From the IMG/VR virus record IMGVR_UViG_3300047476_001812, positions 15,925-79,924 of that record: 64,000 bases of DNA, one strand, 5' to 3'. Both the position numbers and the translations under genes were made by a program. How positions within the stretch are numbered: the first letter of the stretch is position 1; each line of letters opens with the position of its first letter. The notes below the pieces were generated by a model, which was not told where the DNA came from, searched no databases, and saw nothing but the letters and a program-made list of their open reading frames with translations. Source of the DNA: a virus. This document shows positions 1 to 10,204 of this stretch, piece by piece.

Positions 1-1
1 C

Positions 2-244
2 GCTAGAGCGTTGAAGGAAATAGATAATCTTCCTTCATGGGTCAAAACCTCTTGGGCTTGGGTAAAAACTCAATACAAAGAATATTTGGAATGTAAATGC
101 GACTTATCTAAGTTCCATTACACCAAATCTCAAGCTGAGATAGACGTGTGGGAATTATGGATTAGTAAAACATTCCCTGACAATTTCCCCAATATGCTTG
201 CAGACAAAAACAAGATATTGAGTAATTTAAGGAATGTGGCATAA
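2..244 (+). CDS. hypothetical protein, probably 5'-truncated by the window edge
   Basis: Frame is open from base 2 to the stop at 244; no recognisable motif. Confidence 0.5.
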   Translation, partial: ARALKEIDNLPSWVKTSWAWVKTQYKEYLECKCDLSKFHYTKSQAEIDVWELWISKTFPDNFPNMLADKNKILSNLRNVA

Positions 245-333
245 TCTCACCGCCCCCAAAGCGTTAGCTTCCTTAATACCTTTGCCCTGTGCTATCTTTA
301 GATTAATGTAACAATTAGTCTGAAGATATCTTT

Positions 334-564
334 ATGGGATATAACTCAGGTCGTGGTGGTAAAAGAAATGGTGCTGGTAGACCTGCTACTGGTGTTGGGA
401 AAGTAATGAGAATAGCTACTAACTTATCCCGTGAGCAGTTAGAAGCTGCTCTTAATTTACTTGATGAGTATGAGGAGATATCTGAAAAGAGTTCTCCTAC
501 ATCCCCAAGGTTTGAACGGTTGAGAGAAATGTTGAATAAATATAAGGCGATTAAAAATGGATAA
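334..564 (+). CDS. small basic DNA-binding protein (RGGKRxGAGRP motif)
   Basis: N-terminal GRGGKRNGAGRP, common in small phage/plasmid DNA-binding proteins. Confidence 0.55.
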   Translation: MGYNSGRGGKRNGAGRPATGVGKVMRIATNLSREQLEAALNLLDEYEEISEKSSPTSPRFERLREMLNKYKAIKNG

Positions 565-904
565 CGATGTTAAAGGGCTTTATAAATTGTGTAGTGAAAT
601 TCTTTTAAAAGAAGGATTTTTCTTCTCACACTGCTACTGGAATCTTGATGGAAATAAACACCCTGTTGCTAAATCTGCTGATTGTGATTGCCCGGGAATC
701 CAAGTTTACCTTCCTGAAGAAAATGGGAATATTGGTATTCAGTCAGTTGTTGAAACAGATTATTTTTCCACTGATGCTATCACCATAGAGAATGAATCTC
801 AACTTAGGGCTGTGTTATCAGCGTTGATTTTGTTAATAAAGAATTGGCATGAGCGTTTAATTAGATTAGAAGAAATTTACAAAGACCAATTAATGTCTGA
901 ATAG
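557..904 (+). CDS. hypothetical protein
   Basis: 115-aa ORF overlapping the previous stop; followed by a stem-loop at ~914-942. Confidence 0.6.
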   Translation: MDNDVKGLYKLCSEILLKEGFFFSHCYWNLDGNKHPVAKSADCDCPGIQVYLPEENGNIGIQSVVETDYFSTDAITIENESQLRAVLSALILLIKNWHERLIRLEEIYKDQLMSE

Positions 905-991
905 TATTTATAGTAGCCTATGGTGTTTAATTCATAGGCTATTGCCTTATTTGTAGTGAAGATTAATAGCAAAATAAACAGGTTAACAGTT

Positions 992-2341
992 ATGTTAGAA
1001 CTAAACTTTAGTGGTAATCCGTCTTTACCCCCACAAAACATGGAAGCAGAAGAAGCGATTCTAGGTGGTATTTTATTAGACCCAGATGCAATTTCTAGGG
1101 TAATAGATAAACTACGTCCTGAAATGTTTTACCTTAGTGACCACGGCATTATTTACGATGCTGCTGTAGTTTTACATTCTCAAGGTAAACCAACGGATTT
1201 ATTATCAATAACAAGTTGGTTAACTGACCACGATAAATTAATGAGAGTTGGTGGTAGGAACAAACTGGCAACATTGACAGACAGAGTAGTTTGTGCCGTT
1301 AATATTGATGCCTTGGCAGAATTAGTAATAGAAAAATATGATAGACGGCAAATAATTAAAACTGGAAATGAGTTAGTTCAATTAGGGCATCAAACCAATT
1401 TATCTATTGATGAGGTAAAAAATATAGCAGAACAGAAGGTTTATGCTGTTACTCAATCAGGTAGAAAAGCCATTTTTACCAATGCTAACACCATTGCTGC
1501 GGTGAATTTTAACCACACAATTAATGTTGCTAATGGTTTAATTCCTCCTGGTATTCCCTGTGGTTTCTATGATTTAGATGCCATGACTGCGGGATTCCAA
1601 AGAAGTGATTTAATCATAGTTGCTGGTAGACCAAGTATGGGAAAAACAGCAATTGCGGTAAACATTTCTAAGTATATTGCCACCCAACACAATTTACCTG
1701 TTGCTATCTTTTCTCTGGAAATGAGTAAAGAACAATTAGTAAATAGAATGCAAAGTGCTGATGCAAAAGTTCCATCTATTGCATTGAAGACGGGAAAATT
1801 AACTAAAGAACAATGGGATAATTTACAACTTGCTACCAGGAATATAAGTCCCAACATTCACATCTGTGATACTGGTAATGTTAGTGTTGGAGTTATTAAC
1901 AGCCAATGCCGTAGTTTAGCCAGTGAACAAGGGCAACTTGGTTTGGTAATGATAGATTACCTACAACTAATGTCTGACCCTAGATTTGATGGGAAAGACA
2001 ACAGAGTAGCTGAATTATCATACATCACTAGAATGTTAAAACAAATGGCTAGAGAACTCCATTGTCCTGTGATAGCTCTATCTCAATTAAGTCGTGCTGT
2101 AGAAGCAAGAACAAATAAACGTCCTATGCTAAGTGACTTACGTGAAAGCGGAAGTATTGAGCAAGAAGCAGATATAGCAATGTTTTTGTATAGGGATGAG
2201 TATTACAATTCCGAAACCATGGACAAGGGTTTAGCAGAAATCATAATTGCTAAACACAGAAATGGACCAACGGGAACTGTGAAGTTGTTGTTCGATGCTG
2301 AATATACTCAGTTTAAAAATATGGTTCAGCAGACCTGGTAA
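992..2341 (+). CDS. dnaB: replicative DNA helicase DnaB (no intein)
   Basis: LPPQNMEAEEAILGGILLDP N-terminus of cyanobacterial type, Walker A AGRPSMGKT, FSLEMS, IDYLQL, LSQLSR, DLRESGSIEQEAD, KHRNGPTG; ATG 992 preferred over GTG 956. Confidence 0.97.
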   Translation: MLELNFSGNPSLPPQNMEAEEAILGGILLDPDAISRVIDKLRPEMFYLSDHGIIYDAAVVLHSQGKPTDLLSITSWLTDHDKLMRVGGRNKLATLTDRVVCAVNIDALAELVIEKYDRRQIIKTGNELVQLGHQTNLSIDEVKNIAEQKVYAVTQSGRKAIFTNANTIAAVNFNHTINVANGLIPPGIPCGFYDLDAMTAGFQRSDLIIVAGRPSMGKTAIAVNISKYIATQHNLPVAIFSLEMSKEQLVNRMQSADAKVPSIALKTGKLTKEQWDNLQLATRNISPNIHICDTGNVSVGVINSQCRSLASEQGQLGLVMIDYLQLMSDPRFDGKDNRVAELSYITRMLKQMARELHCPVIALSQLSRAVEARTNKRPMLSDLRESGSIEQEADIAMFLYRDEYYNSETMDKGLAEIIIAKHRNGPTGTVKLLFDAEYTQFKNMVQQTW

Positions 2342-2369
2342 TGTAATTTCTCGCCTGTTTGCAGCAAAA

Positions 2370-2413
2370 TTTCCTGAGCAGCATCATAGATGCTTTTGTA
2401 ATTGCTCAGGAAA
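2370..2413. terminator. bidirectional intrinsic terminator-like hairpin between convergent genes
   Basis: TTTCCTGAGCA...TGCTCAGGAAA inverted repeat. Confidence 0.7.
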
Positions 2414-2428
2414 GGACTTAAGAGAGGG

Positions 2429-2989
2429 TCATTCAATCCACCAACCAGTCTCGTTCTCAAAGTAGGTTATGTTCACTTCTGCTTGCGACATCAGCTTTTC
2501 GCAAGCAGGTATAAATTCTTTTAAAATCCAATCATCCATACTTTCACCGTCCTCATCTTTGTAGGTAAAGCCATAAACGGGAACATTCTTATCCCATCTT
2601 CGGCTGTTAACTGCCCTCAAATCGCAGTTTTCTCCGTCACGGTTGTTCCATTCGTGACTTTGCGTTGTCACCATAGCTCCGTAGCTTTTGACGACCTTTT
2701 CTTTTTTTAAACCTATTCCCTCCAAGATATGATCCATCCATTTTAGTGGATCTTCGAGGAAACAATGCTTAAAGACGAAGCTAAAACGCTTCGTCTGACA
2801 GGATAAGCTCCTATCTTTTTCGACAACGAACCTACCGTCACCCAGCTCTAAAATATCGCCAGGGCAAACGGACGCGTAAATGGCGTCTTTCACCAACTCA
2901 TCCGAGTCGGCCAACCTAAAACCTTCGTTGGTGAAAGACATCCCTTCCATCGCGTGCCAAATTTTGATAGCTTCTGTAATATTTGTCAT
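2429..2989 (-). CDS. hypothetical protein, probably recently acquired
   Basis: 186-aa ORF, visibly more GC-rich, contains two of the few GATC sites seen; hairpin motif upstream at 3027-3048. Confidence 0.7.
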   Translation of the reverse strand: MTNITEAIKIWHAMEGMSFTNEGFRLADSDELVKDAIYASVCPGDILELGDGRFVVEKDRSLSCQTKRFSFVFKHCFLEDPLKWMDHILEGIGLKKEKVVKSYGAMVTTQSHEWNNRDGENCDLRAVNSRRWDKNVPVYGFTYKDEDGESMDDWILKEFIPACEKLMSQAEVNITYFENETGWWIE

Positions 2990-3043
2990 TTCCCTAACTC
3001 CTTTATTGAGATTTTCACCTTTTTTTTCACAAACATTCAGGCG

Positions 3044-3187
3044 TTAGCCTTGTTCTATTGCTTTCATTAGTCCTGAAATATTGGGATTTTCACCCCATAA
3101 ACAGCCAAACTCTAGGGAGAGCTTTTCGAGTTCGGCTTTGTAATCCGGGGAGACAGAGAGCATAACGCTCTCTGACTTTCTAGACAT
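3044..3187 (-). CDS. 47-aa ribbon-helix-helix-like protein resembling the N-terminus of cyanobacterial WYL regulators
   Basis: Manual translation MSRKSESVMLSVSPDYKAELEKLSLEFGCLWGENPNISGLMKAIEQG; start overlaps the stop of 3187..3492. Confidence 0.65.
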   Translation of the reverse strand: MSRKSESVMLSVSPDYKAELEKLSLEFGCLWGENPNISGLMKAIEQG

Positions 3188-3492
3188 TATGCCAATAAAT
3201 GACTTATGGTGTTGCTGTAGCCTACTGTTTTTTCTTGTGCAATTCTGGCTGCATCAGCAGAAAATCTTGTTGCCTCTTCTTTATTGGGGGTTTTTGTCCA
3301 TTCAATTTCCTGTCTTTTCCCACCAACTGAATCAGTCTCTACCTTAGTCCCTAGTATTCGAATATATTTTTTATCCTTGTTATCAAATAGGACTGTAGTT
3401 GCATTTTTCATGGCATCATCCTCGATGATTTCTATTGCTGGCAGTTCTTTCTGCAAAGAGCCATTGAATTTATAGTCAAATGAGTTAGACAT
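3187..3492 (-). CDS. hypothetical protein
   Basis: 101-aa ORF with AAGGAG RBS. Confidence 0.65.
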   Translation of the reverse strand: MSNSFDYKFNGSLQKELPAIEIIEDDAMKNATTVLFDNKDKKYIRILGTKVETDSVGGKRQEIEWTKTPNKEEATRFSADAARIAQEKTVGYSNTISHLLA

Positions 3493-3581
3493 GATAATGC
3501 TCCTTGATACTTTGCTTGGGTTGTTGATATGTCATAGACTTGGTAATTAGTTAGGGGGTGTTGAATCCCCCAATTAATTAC

Positions 3582-3950
3582 TTATTCAATTTCTTCTATG
3601 ATTTGCCTAGCAGCTTCCTTGCAAGTGCAAACACAATCGCTCAGGGAGATGCTACTATTACCGTTAGCTTCTTTCATCGCTTTAGTAAATTCAGAGAAAT
3701 CATGGGGTATGAAAGGCTTAGTTTTCCAACTCTTACCTATAGAACTATCATTAAAAGTTCCACCCATAATCATTCTATCCCACTTGTGTAAAGGCAGAGT
3801 ATTAAAACTCTCGTCATTTTGAAAAGCATGAACTAATTTCTCCTTGGAAAACACCCTTAACACCGCTTGTTTAATCTCATCAGACACAAATTGACCATAA
3901 TACTCGCGGTGAGTACATTCATTTGTCATGTATTGTTTTCTTGTAAACAT
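3582..3950 (-). CDS. hypothetical phage protein
   Basis: ATG 3950 follows an AGGAG RBS; hairpin motif at 4022-4043. Confidence 0.7.
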   Translation of the reverse strand: MFTRKQYMTNECTHREYYGQFVSDEIKQAVLRVFSKEKLVHAFQNDESFNTLPLHKWDRMIMGGTFNDSSIGKSWKTKPFIPHDFSEFTKAMKEANGNSSISLSDCVCTCKEAARQIIEEIE

Positions 3951-4058
3951 TTTCTCAACTACTCCTAATTTATTTAGTACCGATTCAAACCATTTTCTCG
4001 ACATCAAGAAAATGGTTATCTCCAAAACTACTAAGGCGTTAGCCGTTGTTTCCTAAGA

Positions 4059-4352
4059 CTACTCAAAAGATACAGCAAACAATGTACCGTCTTCACTGTT
4101 TTCAATAATTACTGCATTAGGAGGTAATTCGTAAACTTCTCCAGGAACAACATTTTGAGCCAACTCATAATTTGAAAAATCCCAATCCTGTATGTCTTGG
4201 TAGTCCTCAAATACTTTTTGTTCTGAATCCGCAACAAGATTGGTGCAAAGGTTGTCCACATAGTTGACACCCCCGCGCACCCGCGCCCAATGCGTAACCT
4301 TATTTGCCTTGTTGGTGATTTCCTTTAATGTTTTTGATTTTGTAAAATCCAT
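4059..4352 (-). CDS. hypothetical protein
   Basis: ATG 4352 follows an AGGAG RBS. Confidence 0.6.
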   Translation of the reverse strand: MDFTKSKTLKEITNKANKVTHWARVRGGVNYVDNLCTNLVADSEQKVFEDYQDIQDWDFSNYELAQNVVPGEVYELPPNAVIIENSEDGTLFAVSFE

Positions 4353-4450
4353 AACTACTCCTATTCCCAAAGGAAAACTAGTTTAATGGGTGAACGCCTG
4401 CTTCGTTCAGTGTGAGTGAGTTATTTAATCGAACTCACTCTTAGCCTTAA

Positions 4451-4858
4451 CTATTTAAACCAAAATACCATCCTTACGTCCTCAATCTCTTGAGGATAGT
4501 CAGAGCGGTATTCATAAAACCTTTCGACTGAATTGTCAAACAGGTATCCTAACTCATTACCTTGCATAATATTGAATGAGTCTAATTGTGGAAATTTGCT
4601 AGAGACTATCTTTAACTCATCAGGAGTAACCCAAGAAGGATTAAATAAATTAGCAACGTCTCTATTGTAGGCAATACGAGTAACTACAGAAATGTCTTCA
4701 GGTAAGCCTTTAGCTTTAAACCGATTATTACCAGTTAATGAATTTTCCGCACCTAGAAAATCCATTAAGTCGTAATTCCTGAGAATTGACGGACAAGAGT
4801 AGTGATGCCATTGTTTGTCAATCTTAACCTCAATGTGAGCTTTAATATCAAATCCCAT
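4451..4858 (-). CDS. conserved-looking hypothetical phage protein
   Basis: MGFDIKAHIEVK...RNYDL...KGLPED...DVRMVFWF pattern typical of a small phage protein family; GAGG RBS. Confidence 0.75.
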   Translation of the reverse strand: MGFDIKAHIEVKIDKQWHHYSCPSILRNYDLMDFLGAENSLTGNNRFKAKGLPEDISVVTRIAYNRDVANLFNPSWVTPDELKIVSSKFPQLDSFNIMQGNELGYLFDNSVERFYEYRSDYPQEIEDVRMVFWFK

Positions 4859-4883
4859 TCCGTTTACCTCTAAAACTATATCA

Positions 4884-5225
4884 CTACCAGTTGGGCGTTA
4901 GCCCATTAACACTCACCTCAAACAGACTATTCCCTATTTGAAAGAACAAGGGAACACCTTTAACATCTACATTATCACCTAAACAAAACAGCAATGTCTG
5001 TAGAGTTTTAATCTCATACTTTCTATCACCTATTGCAAACTCGCAATAATATTGTGGAATATGTTTTGTACACAACTTAAAGGAAGCTGTGTACTCAGGA
5101 TGAAAGAATAAGTATTCAGGAGCTTGATGTGTAGCTATAAACTTATCTAAGTCAATGAGGTCATTCACCGTTTGTTGATATGAATTACCTTTGATTGTGC
5201 AGTCAATTACCAGTTTAGTTTTCAT
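4884..5225 (-). CDS. hypothetical protein
   Basis: 113-aa ORF; hairpin motif at 5271-5292. Confidence 0.65.
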   Translation of the reverse strand: MKTKLVIDCTIKGNSYQQTVNDLIDLDKFIATHQAPEYLFFHPEYTASFKLCTKHIPQYYCEFAIGDRKYEIKTLQTLLFCLGDNVDVKGVPLFFQIGNSLFEVSVNGLTPNW

Positions 5226-5300
5226 GGTTGATACAATATTTACCCTGAGTCATAATTACCTTTAGTTACTTCACCACCACTAAGGCGTTAGCCTTTTTGG

Positions 5301-5918
5301 TCATTTAAACCCACAAACATTTTTTAGCCTACGGGATTTAAACTTAACAGGGTCAGGATTGAGGTTGCCTCTACGGGTTTTCTTCATAGACTCAATAGCT
5401 TTGTCGTGAGAGTATCTGAGAATTGCTAACTCCCAACGAATGTGTTTAAGAATCTCATTTAACTCACTGAGATGTTTTTCATAACTTTGTTTTTCAAAGT
5501 CGTAAAAGATTTCCTTTTTTCGGAGCAAGGACATCATCTCTAATACTAACTTCTCCCTCTCTTTGGCAGGCATTTTAGTTCCTTTTTTGCCAGTAATCGT
5601 GAAAGAAATAGTAGGAATACTTTGTATTCCATAATCTTCAGTTCCATTCCTTCTAGTATACTTAATAACTCTACCAACAAACCCTACTTTCTCATTTAGT
5701 CTGGGAATTTTTTTAGGGTGAGTTTTCTTCAAGTCATCATAAACTTCCATTTCACGTTCAGTAAAGAAAGTATTAATGTGGTGTATTTCTCTAATTTCAG
5801 GATTAAGAGAATATTCCTTAACTTTGACGTTGATAATACAGTAGCTGTTTGATTCTATCTTATTAACAACTCCCAGGACTAATACTTTATGTCCTAACCA
5901 ATCTTTTAAGTTTCTCAT
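5301..5918 (-). CDS. hypothetical basic protein (possible OB-like fold)
   Basis: 205-aa ORF; KVGFVGRVIKYTRRNGTEDYGI. Confidence 0.7.
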   Translation of the reverse strand: MRNLKDWLGHKVLVLGVVNKIESNSYCIINVKVKEYSLNPEIREIHHINTFFTEREMEVYDDLKKTHPKKIPRLNEKVGFVGRVIKYTRRNGTEDYGIQSIPTISFTITGKKGTKMPAKEREKLVLEMMSLLRKKEIFYDFEKQSYEKHLSELNEILKHIRWELAILRYSHDKAIESMKKTRRGNLNPDPVKFKSRRLKNVCGFK

Positions 5919-6025
5919 AACTATTGATTCTGTTTATCTTGCTAGTAAACATTGTACATCAAAATCAAAGGGGCGATTGCCCCAATAATTATGAAAGGTG
6001 TTAACAAATTAACTTATATTCTTTG

Positions 6026-7657
6026 CTAACTATCTAATTCCTCTTCTTTAGACTTCTGGCAATCTTTTGGACAATCATCAGTCTTCTTGGATTGAGTTTT
6101 TTTAACTCCACCACTACAAGCTAAAATCAAAGTGCGTTTACTTCTAGTGAGAGCCACATACTGAAGATTCTTTTCTTGCTGTAAACTTTCTTTGTTTTGC
6201 CCCTTAAATGTATGAGGACATAATTCAGGATGCAAGAATACAACACGCTCTGCTTCTAATCCTTTGGCAGTGTGGATGGTAGAAAGGGTAACACTATCTT
6301 GCCTTTCGAGAAATAGATTGCTAAGTGATTTTTTCAATGACTTGATGTTAACCAGATTATCAAATCCCTCAAAGCAAGCTAACAAAGCATCACACCTATC
6401 ACGCAGATTTGCAATTATTTTAAATGCGCCTTGCTCAATTAGCCTGGACTGTCTGCTCTGAAATAAGATTTCTACAAACTCTGGGAATCTTTCAAATCTA
6501 AATCCAGATACCTTAGAAATGTCGTCTATAAGACTTGATAGAGACTGTTCAAGGTTAGAGTCACCAGCTATGATTCTTGCAGGAATACGGGCAATTATGA
6601 GTTTAATGCAAAGACTAATTAACGGTGCGGTTTTTCTACAAACAATTAACTCACCACCTGTTAAATGTGGGAGTAATTCTTCATAGTCGTAATGCCCTGC
6701 CATGTTAGCTTTTAAATCAACATCAATTATTACACCCTCAATGGCAGTAGGTGAAGCTTCTATTGATGGTACTAATTTCTGTGCTAATTTCAAGTGAGAC
6801 TTAGGGCATCTATAGCAGATTGACAATGGCAAAGATATTGCATTGGTGCGATACTTCAACCTATCCAAAGCATCTGTATTTGCACCAGCAAAGCCCATAA
6901 TAGACTGCCATCTGTCCCCTACTCCAAGAATACGAGTATTTTCATCAGTAAACTTCAGGAAAAGTTCTAGTGCAGCACTAGAAACGTCCTGCATTTCATC
7001 ACCAAATACCCAAGCGTACTTATAGGTAGAGTTTAGCTTCCATAGGTAGGGAAGAAATAGTTGGTCTTCAAACGAGAGAAAGCCTTCTTTAGCTAACCTA
7101 TCCCCTTCTCTGACCACGTACCCTAACCAATTTCCTACAGTATTAAGATGACAGATATCCAGGTTGTAATCCTGAATCATCTTTTCTAAAGCTTCTCTGG
7201 ATTTAGTGCCAGTTAAGGTCTTCATTGAGAATGTAGTTAGAACCCACAACTCATTAGACAACTTTTCATTTACTTCCCAGTCTGTAGTTCCATTCTGGTC
7301 TTTAACTACTTTTCTGGCTATTTGAAGGTACTTTTTCCTATCAACATCTAAATCTCTATAATTTAGGGCTTTACGGACTAATCCATGCCCAAGGGAGTTA
7401 AGAGTTTGAACTTGAGCTATATTCCCAATCTTTAACTCAAGCTCTTTCTGAATACGTTTACCAAACGCAATAGCTAAAGGTTTAACACCCTGCTTGTTAT
7501 AGATAATTTCACAACTTCTTTTAATTAGAGTTGTTTTCCCACTTCCAGCTAGAGCCTCAACGATGATGTTGTGACTACCGTATTCTATGGCATTATAAAC
7601 CGCTTTCTGGTAGTCGGAGTCTATTAAAGTATTTATTGTTTGAACCATTGTTTTCAC
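6026..7657 (-). CDS. UvrD/Rep-like superfamily 1 helicase
   Basis: VEALAGSGKTT, DEMQD, GVGDRWQSIMGFAGA, LSICYRCP, STIHTAKGLEA, YVALTRSK. Confidence 0.93.
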   Translation of the reverse strand: MKTMVQTINTLIDSDYQKAVYNAIEYGSHNIIVEALAGSGKTTLIKRSCEIIYNKQGVKPLAIAFGKRIQKELELKIGNIAQVQTLNSLGHGLVRKALNYRDLDVDRKKYLQIARKVVKDQNGTTDWEVNEKLSNELWVLTTFSMKTLTGTKSREALEKMIQDYNLDICHLNTVGNWLGYVVREGDRLAKEGFLSFEDQLFLPYLWKLNSTYKYAWVFGDEMQDVSSAALELFLKFTDENTRILGVGDRWQSIMGFAGANTDALDRLKYRTNAISLPLSICYRCPKSHLKLAQKLVPSIEASPTAIEGVIIDVDLKANMAGHYDYEELLPHLTGGELIVCRKTAPLISLCIKLIIARIPARIIAGDSNLEQSLSSLIDDISKVSGFRFERFPEFVEILFQSRQSRLIEQGAFKIIANLRDRCDALLACFEGFDNLVNIKSLKKSLSNLFLERQDSVTLSTIHTAKGLEAERVVFLHPELCPHTFKGQNKESLQQEKNLQYVALTRSKRTLILACSGGVKKTQSKKTDDCPKDCQKSKEEELDS

Positions 7658-7742
7658 TCGTTTATTTTGCTAGTTAAAAGTCCTGTTATAATTTAATTAT
7701 AACAGGACTTATTTTGTTCATCACAGTTAGTAAAGCGTTAGC

Positions 7743-8402
7743 TTAGAACTCATCATCTTTAGCGTCTTTGCTTCCCATTAAGATTACTTTGTTGGCATTA
7801 ATCTTGATACCATTTCTGGGTTCACCAGTGGTCTTGTCTGCCCAAGTTTCAAAGACTAAAGTGCCTTCAATCCCAAGGTTCTCGCCTTTACGGCAATACC
7901 TTTCTATGGCTTCACCCTGCTTATTCCAAGCAGTAATGTTATAGAAATACCCCTTCCTTCTTTCACTAATTAAAAGCGAAGTCTGAATAAAAGATTTGCC
8001 ACTTTCATAGATTCTCTTTTCAGGCATTTTCATCATCTTACCTGCAAGATAAATGGTATTGTAATTGACTTCTGCTTTGACTGGACAGACTGAGTGAGCC
8101 AGGATGTAGGGCTGTTCAATAACTTGTTTAGTTTCTTTATCTTTTTGCTCAGTAAACAATTGACCTGTAACAAGCATTTTCATTCCTGGCTTAAATAAAC
8201 TTAACCTGTCGGAGGTAATGCCAGAAAAGGTTTTGTCGTAGGAGTTATTAAATCCTTTGACGGATATTAAATGCTCTACAGGATTACCGTCTTTGTCAGC
8301 TTGAAGATAACTACACTGGGCAATGGAAAATGGTTGTTGCCCAGGAATGTCAGCAAAGGTTTCTACAAAGTTAACTGTGAGCGTAATGTTGATAATGTTC
8401 AT
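7743..8402 (-). CDS. ssb: single-stranded DNA-binding protein, tandem OB folds
   Basis: C-terminal NTIYLAG...YNITAWNKQGEAIERYCRKG...IEGTL...W and acidic tail DDEF; ATG 8402 lies downstream of hairpin motif 8447-8468. Confidence 0.8.
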   Translation of the reverse strand: MNIINITLTVNFVETFADIPGQQPFSIAQCSYLQADKDGNPVEHLISVKGFNNSYDKTFSGITSDRLSLFKPGMKMLVTGQLFTEQKDKETKQVIEQPYILAHSVCPVKAEVNYNTIYLAGKMMKMPEKRIYESGKSFIQTSLLISERRKGYFYNITAWNKQGEAIERYCRKGENLGIEGTLVFETWADKTTGEPRNGIKINANKVILMGSKDAKDDEF

Positions 8403-8516
8403 GGATTTAATTGGTAAGTGAGTAAAGAGGAAATGCAATAATTTCCTCACAAACATTTAGGCGTTAGCCTGTTGAAATTGTTTTTCAATTTCTTGAATAA
8501 TTGAACTATCAGGAGT

Positions 8517-9029
8517 CTATAAGCCTTGCTTCCCTTTAATAGGAATAGGTTTAGGTAATGTCATGACATCACCTAACTCCCATGCGTATCTACCTGCTTG
8601 CCATTCACCACAAAGAAGCTCTAATTCTGACACTTCTGTGAGTTTATCATTAAGATAAAAACTATCTTTATCATTACGGAAAACATTAGTTCCTATCTTT
8701 AAGCAGTCAACTAAATCAACTACGCAAAGAACCTTACCTAATGGCAGGTCATTAGAGCATTGAAGCCTTTTTTTGATAAAAGGTTTTATTCCTGCTAAAT
8801 CACAAATTTTTTCCGTTCTATCTAAATACGTTTCCAGTCTAGTTACGTCGTATTCATTGAAAATAAATACAGAAGAAATTTGCTTTTGAGGTTTGTATTC
8901 CTTCTTTGCAGAACAAATTAAAAGCTTTCCTCTAAACTTTGTACTCCAACTTCTAGTCTCATACCTCTTAATTCCCAAGGCAACAAGAGAAGCCCAGGGT
9001 TGATGTAATGATATTGCTCTGTATTCCAC
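8517..9029 (-). CDS. ASCH-domain protein
   Basis: AISLHQPWASLVALGIKRYETRSW...RGKLLI, GRYAWEL, PIPIKGKQGL. Confidence 0.9.
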   Translation of the reverse strand: MEYRAISLHQPWASLVALGIKRYETRSWSTKFRGKLLICSAKKEYKPQKQISSVFIFNEYDVTRLETYLDRTEKICDLAGIKPFIKKRLQCSNDLPLGKVLCVVDLVDCLKIGTNVFRNDKDSFYLNDKLTEVSELELLCGEWQAGRYAWELGDVMTLPKPIPIKGKQGL

Positions 9030-9041
9030 CTATCCTACTCC

Positions 9042-9758
9042 TTAAAATGCTATTTCAACCTTGTCATTTTCTAAAACCACAAAACCAAGCTTCTCTATAG
9101 TTTTAACAACATGAGTTCTCATTTGTCCTACAGTACCATTTAGTTGCGCTTCAAGTTGTGCAACTTTCTCCTCATAAGTTTTTTCAGAGAATGGCTTAGT
9201 CTCTTCTTTGTACTTTGCTTCTCGGTTTCGTAACTCTTTGGAAACTATTAAATCAAAGATTCTATTACTAATACCCCATACTTTTACCTCAAACTCAAAT
9301 CCAAATTTAGACAATCTATTGGACTTTCTGATAGCTGCTAAACGACAATGCCCATTTTTCAACAGCCATTGTCTAAACCTTTCTGCATTTTGTTCAGCAT
9401 TTCCTTCTGAGGACTTACTAAAACCGAAGTAGGTAATCCAATGGTCACAGCCGGGCGCGCCACTACAATAATTAAATTCATAAATCCGGTCACAAACAGC
9501 AACTAACTCTGAATCGTACATTGCAGTTTGATTTTGACAAGTTTTAACACTCCAAATAGCATGAATAATCTCGGCTTTTGTCATGTTAGACATGACTTTC
9601 CCAAACTTGGCTTTGACAATTACTTGTCCTAGCTGCTTATTGATTTTAGAGGCTAACGCCTTTAATTGTCTGATGTTTAAAACTTGTAAATGTTCAATTC
9701 TTTTGATGTCACTAAATAGAATAACAGCCTTTTCTCTTGCAGATAATTTTGTTTTCAT
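9042..9758 (-). CDS. hypothetical protein with Rho-N/HeH-like motif
   Basis: LNIRQLKALAS...SNMTKAEIIHAI. Confidence 0.6.
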   Translation of the reverse strand: MKTKLSAREKAVILFSDIKRIEHLQVLNIRQLKALASKINKQLGQVIVKAKFGKVMSNMTKAEIIHAIWSVKTCQNQTAMYDSELVAVCDRIYEFNYCSGAPGCDHWITYFGFSKSSEGNAEQNAERFRQWLLKNGHCRLAAIRKSNRLSKFGFEFEVKVWGISNRIFDLIVSKELRNREAKYKEETKPFSEKTYEEKVAQLEAQLNGTVGQMRTHVVKTIEKLGFVVLENDKVEIAF

Positions 9759-9841
9759 GATATAATCTCCTACGATTACCAAACATCAAGAACCCCTCCT
9801 AGGAGATTCCTGAGAGGGGCTTTACTTTTACTTCATAACTA

Positions 9842-10153
9842 TTAATGCGTTAGCATTGCATTCTCTTTGTCTTCTAAGCTTTGAACTTTCCAAGACCGTT
9901 GTTCTAGAAAGCCCCGTGGTTCTTTAATAAACTCTTCCCTATCTTTAGTTATTTCAGCAGCTAATGGAATTAGGTGTTGATAATGTTCAAGAGTTGCATA
10001 CCTATTGTCATGAATCCTGGTAGTTAAATTCTGATGAAAAAAGTGAATTGTTAAAACAACATTTTTGTCCATCAATGAAAATTCTATTACAACATTTTCA
10101 TCTTCACCATGTTTTTTAAGTGTAAGCTGAGTGTTCTCTTTTCTTATTAACAT
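9842..10153 (-). CDS. hypothetical protein
   Basis: 103-aa ORF; hairpin motif at 10172-10193. Confidence 0.65.
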   Translation of the reverse strand: MLIRKENTQLTLKKHGEDENVVIEFSLMDKNVVLTIHFFHQNLTTRIHDNRYATLEHYQHLIPLAAEITKDREEFIKEPRGFLEQRSWKVQSLEDKENAMLTH

Positions 10154-10204
10154 TGTTACTTTTAAGATGCCTCACCACTAAAGGGGCGTTAGCCCCATGT
10201 ATTC

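Noticed and set aside
992-2341. Intein in DnaB, as in many cyanobacterial DnaB proteins
   Set aside because: ESGSIEQ is uninterrupted and the length is normal
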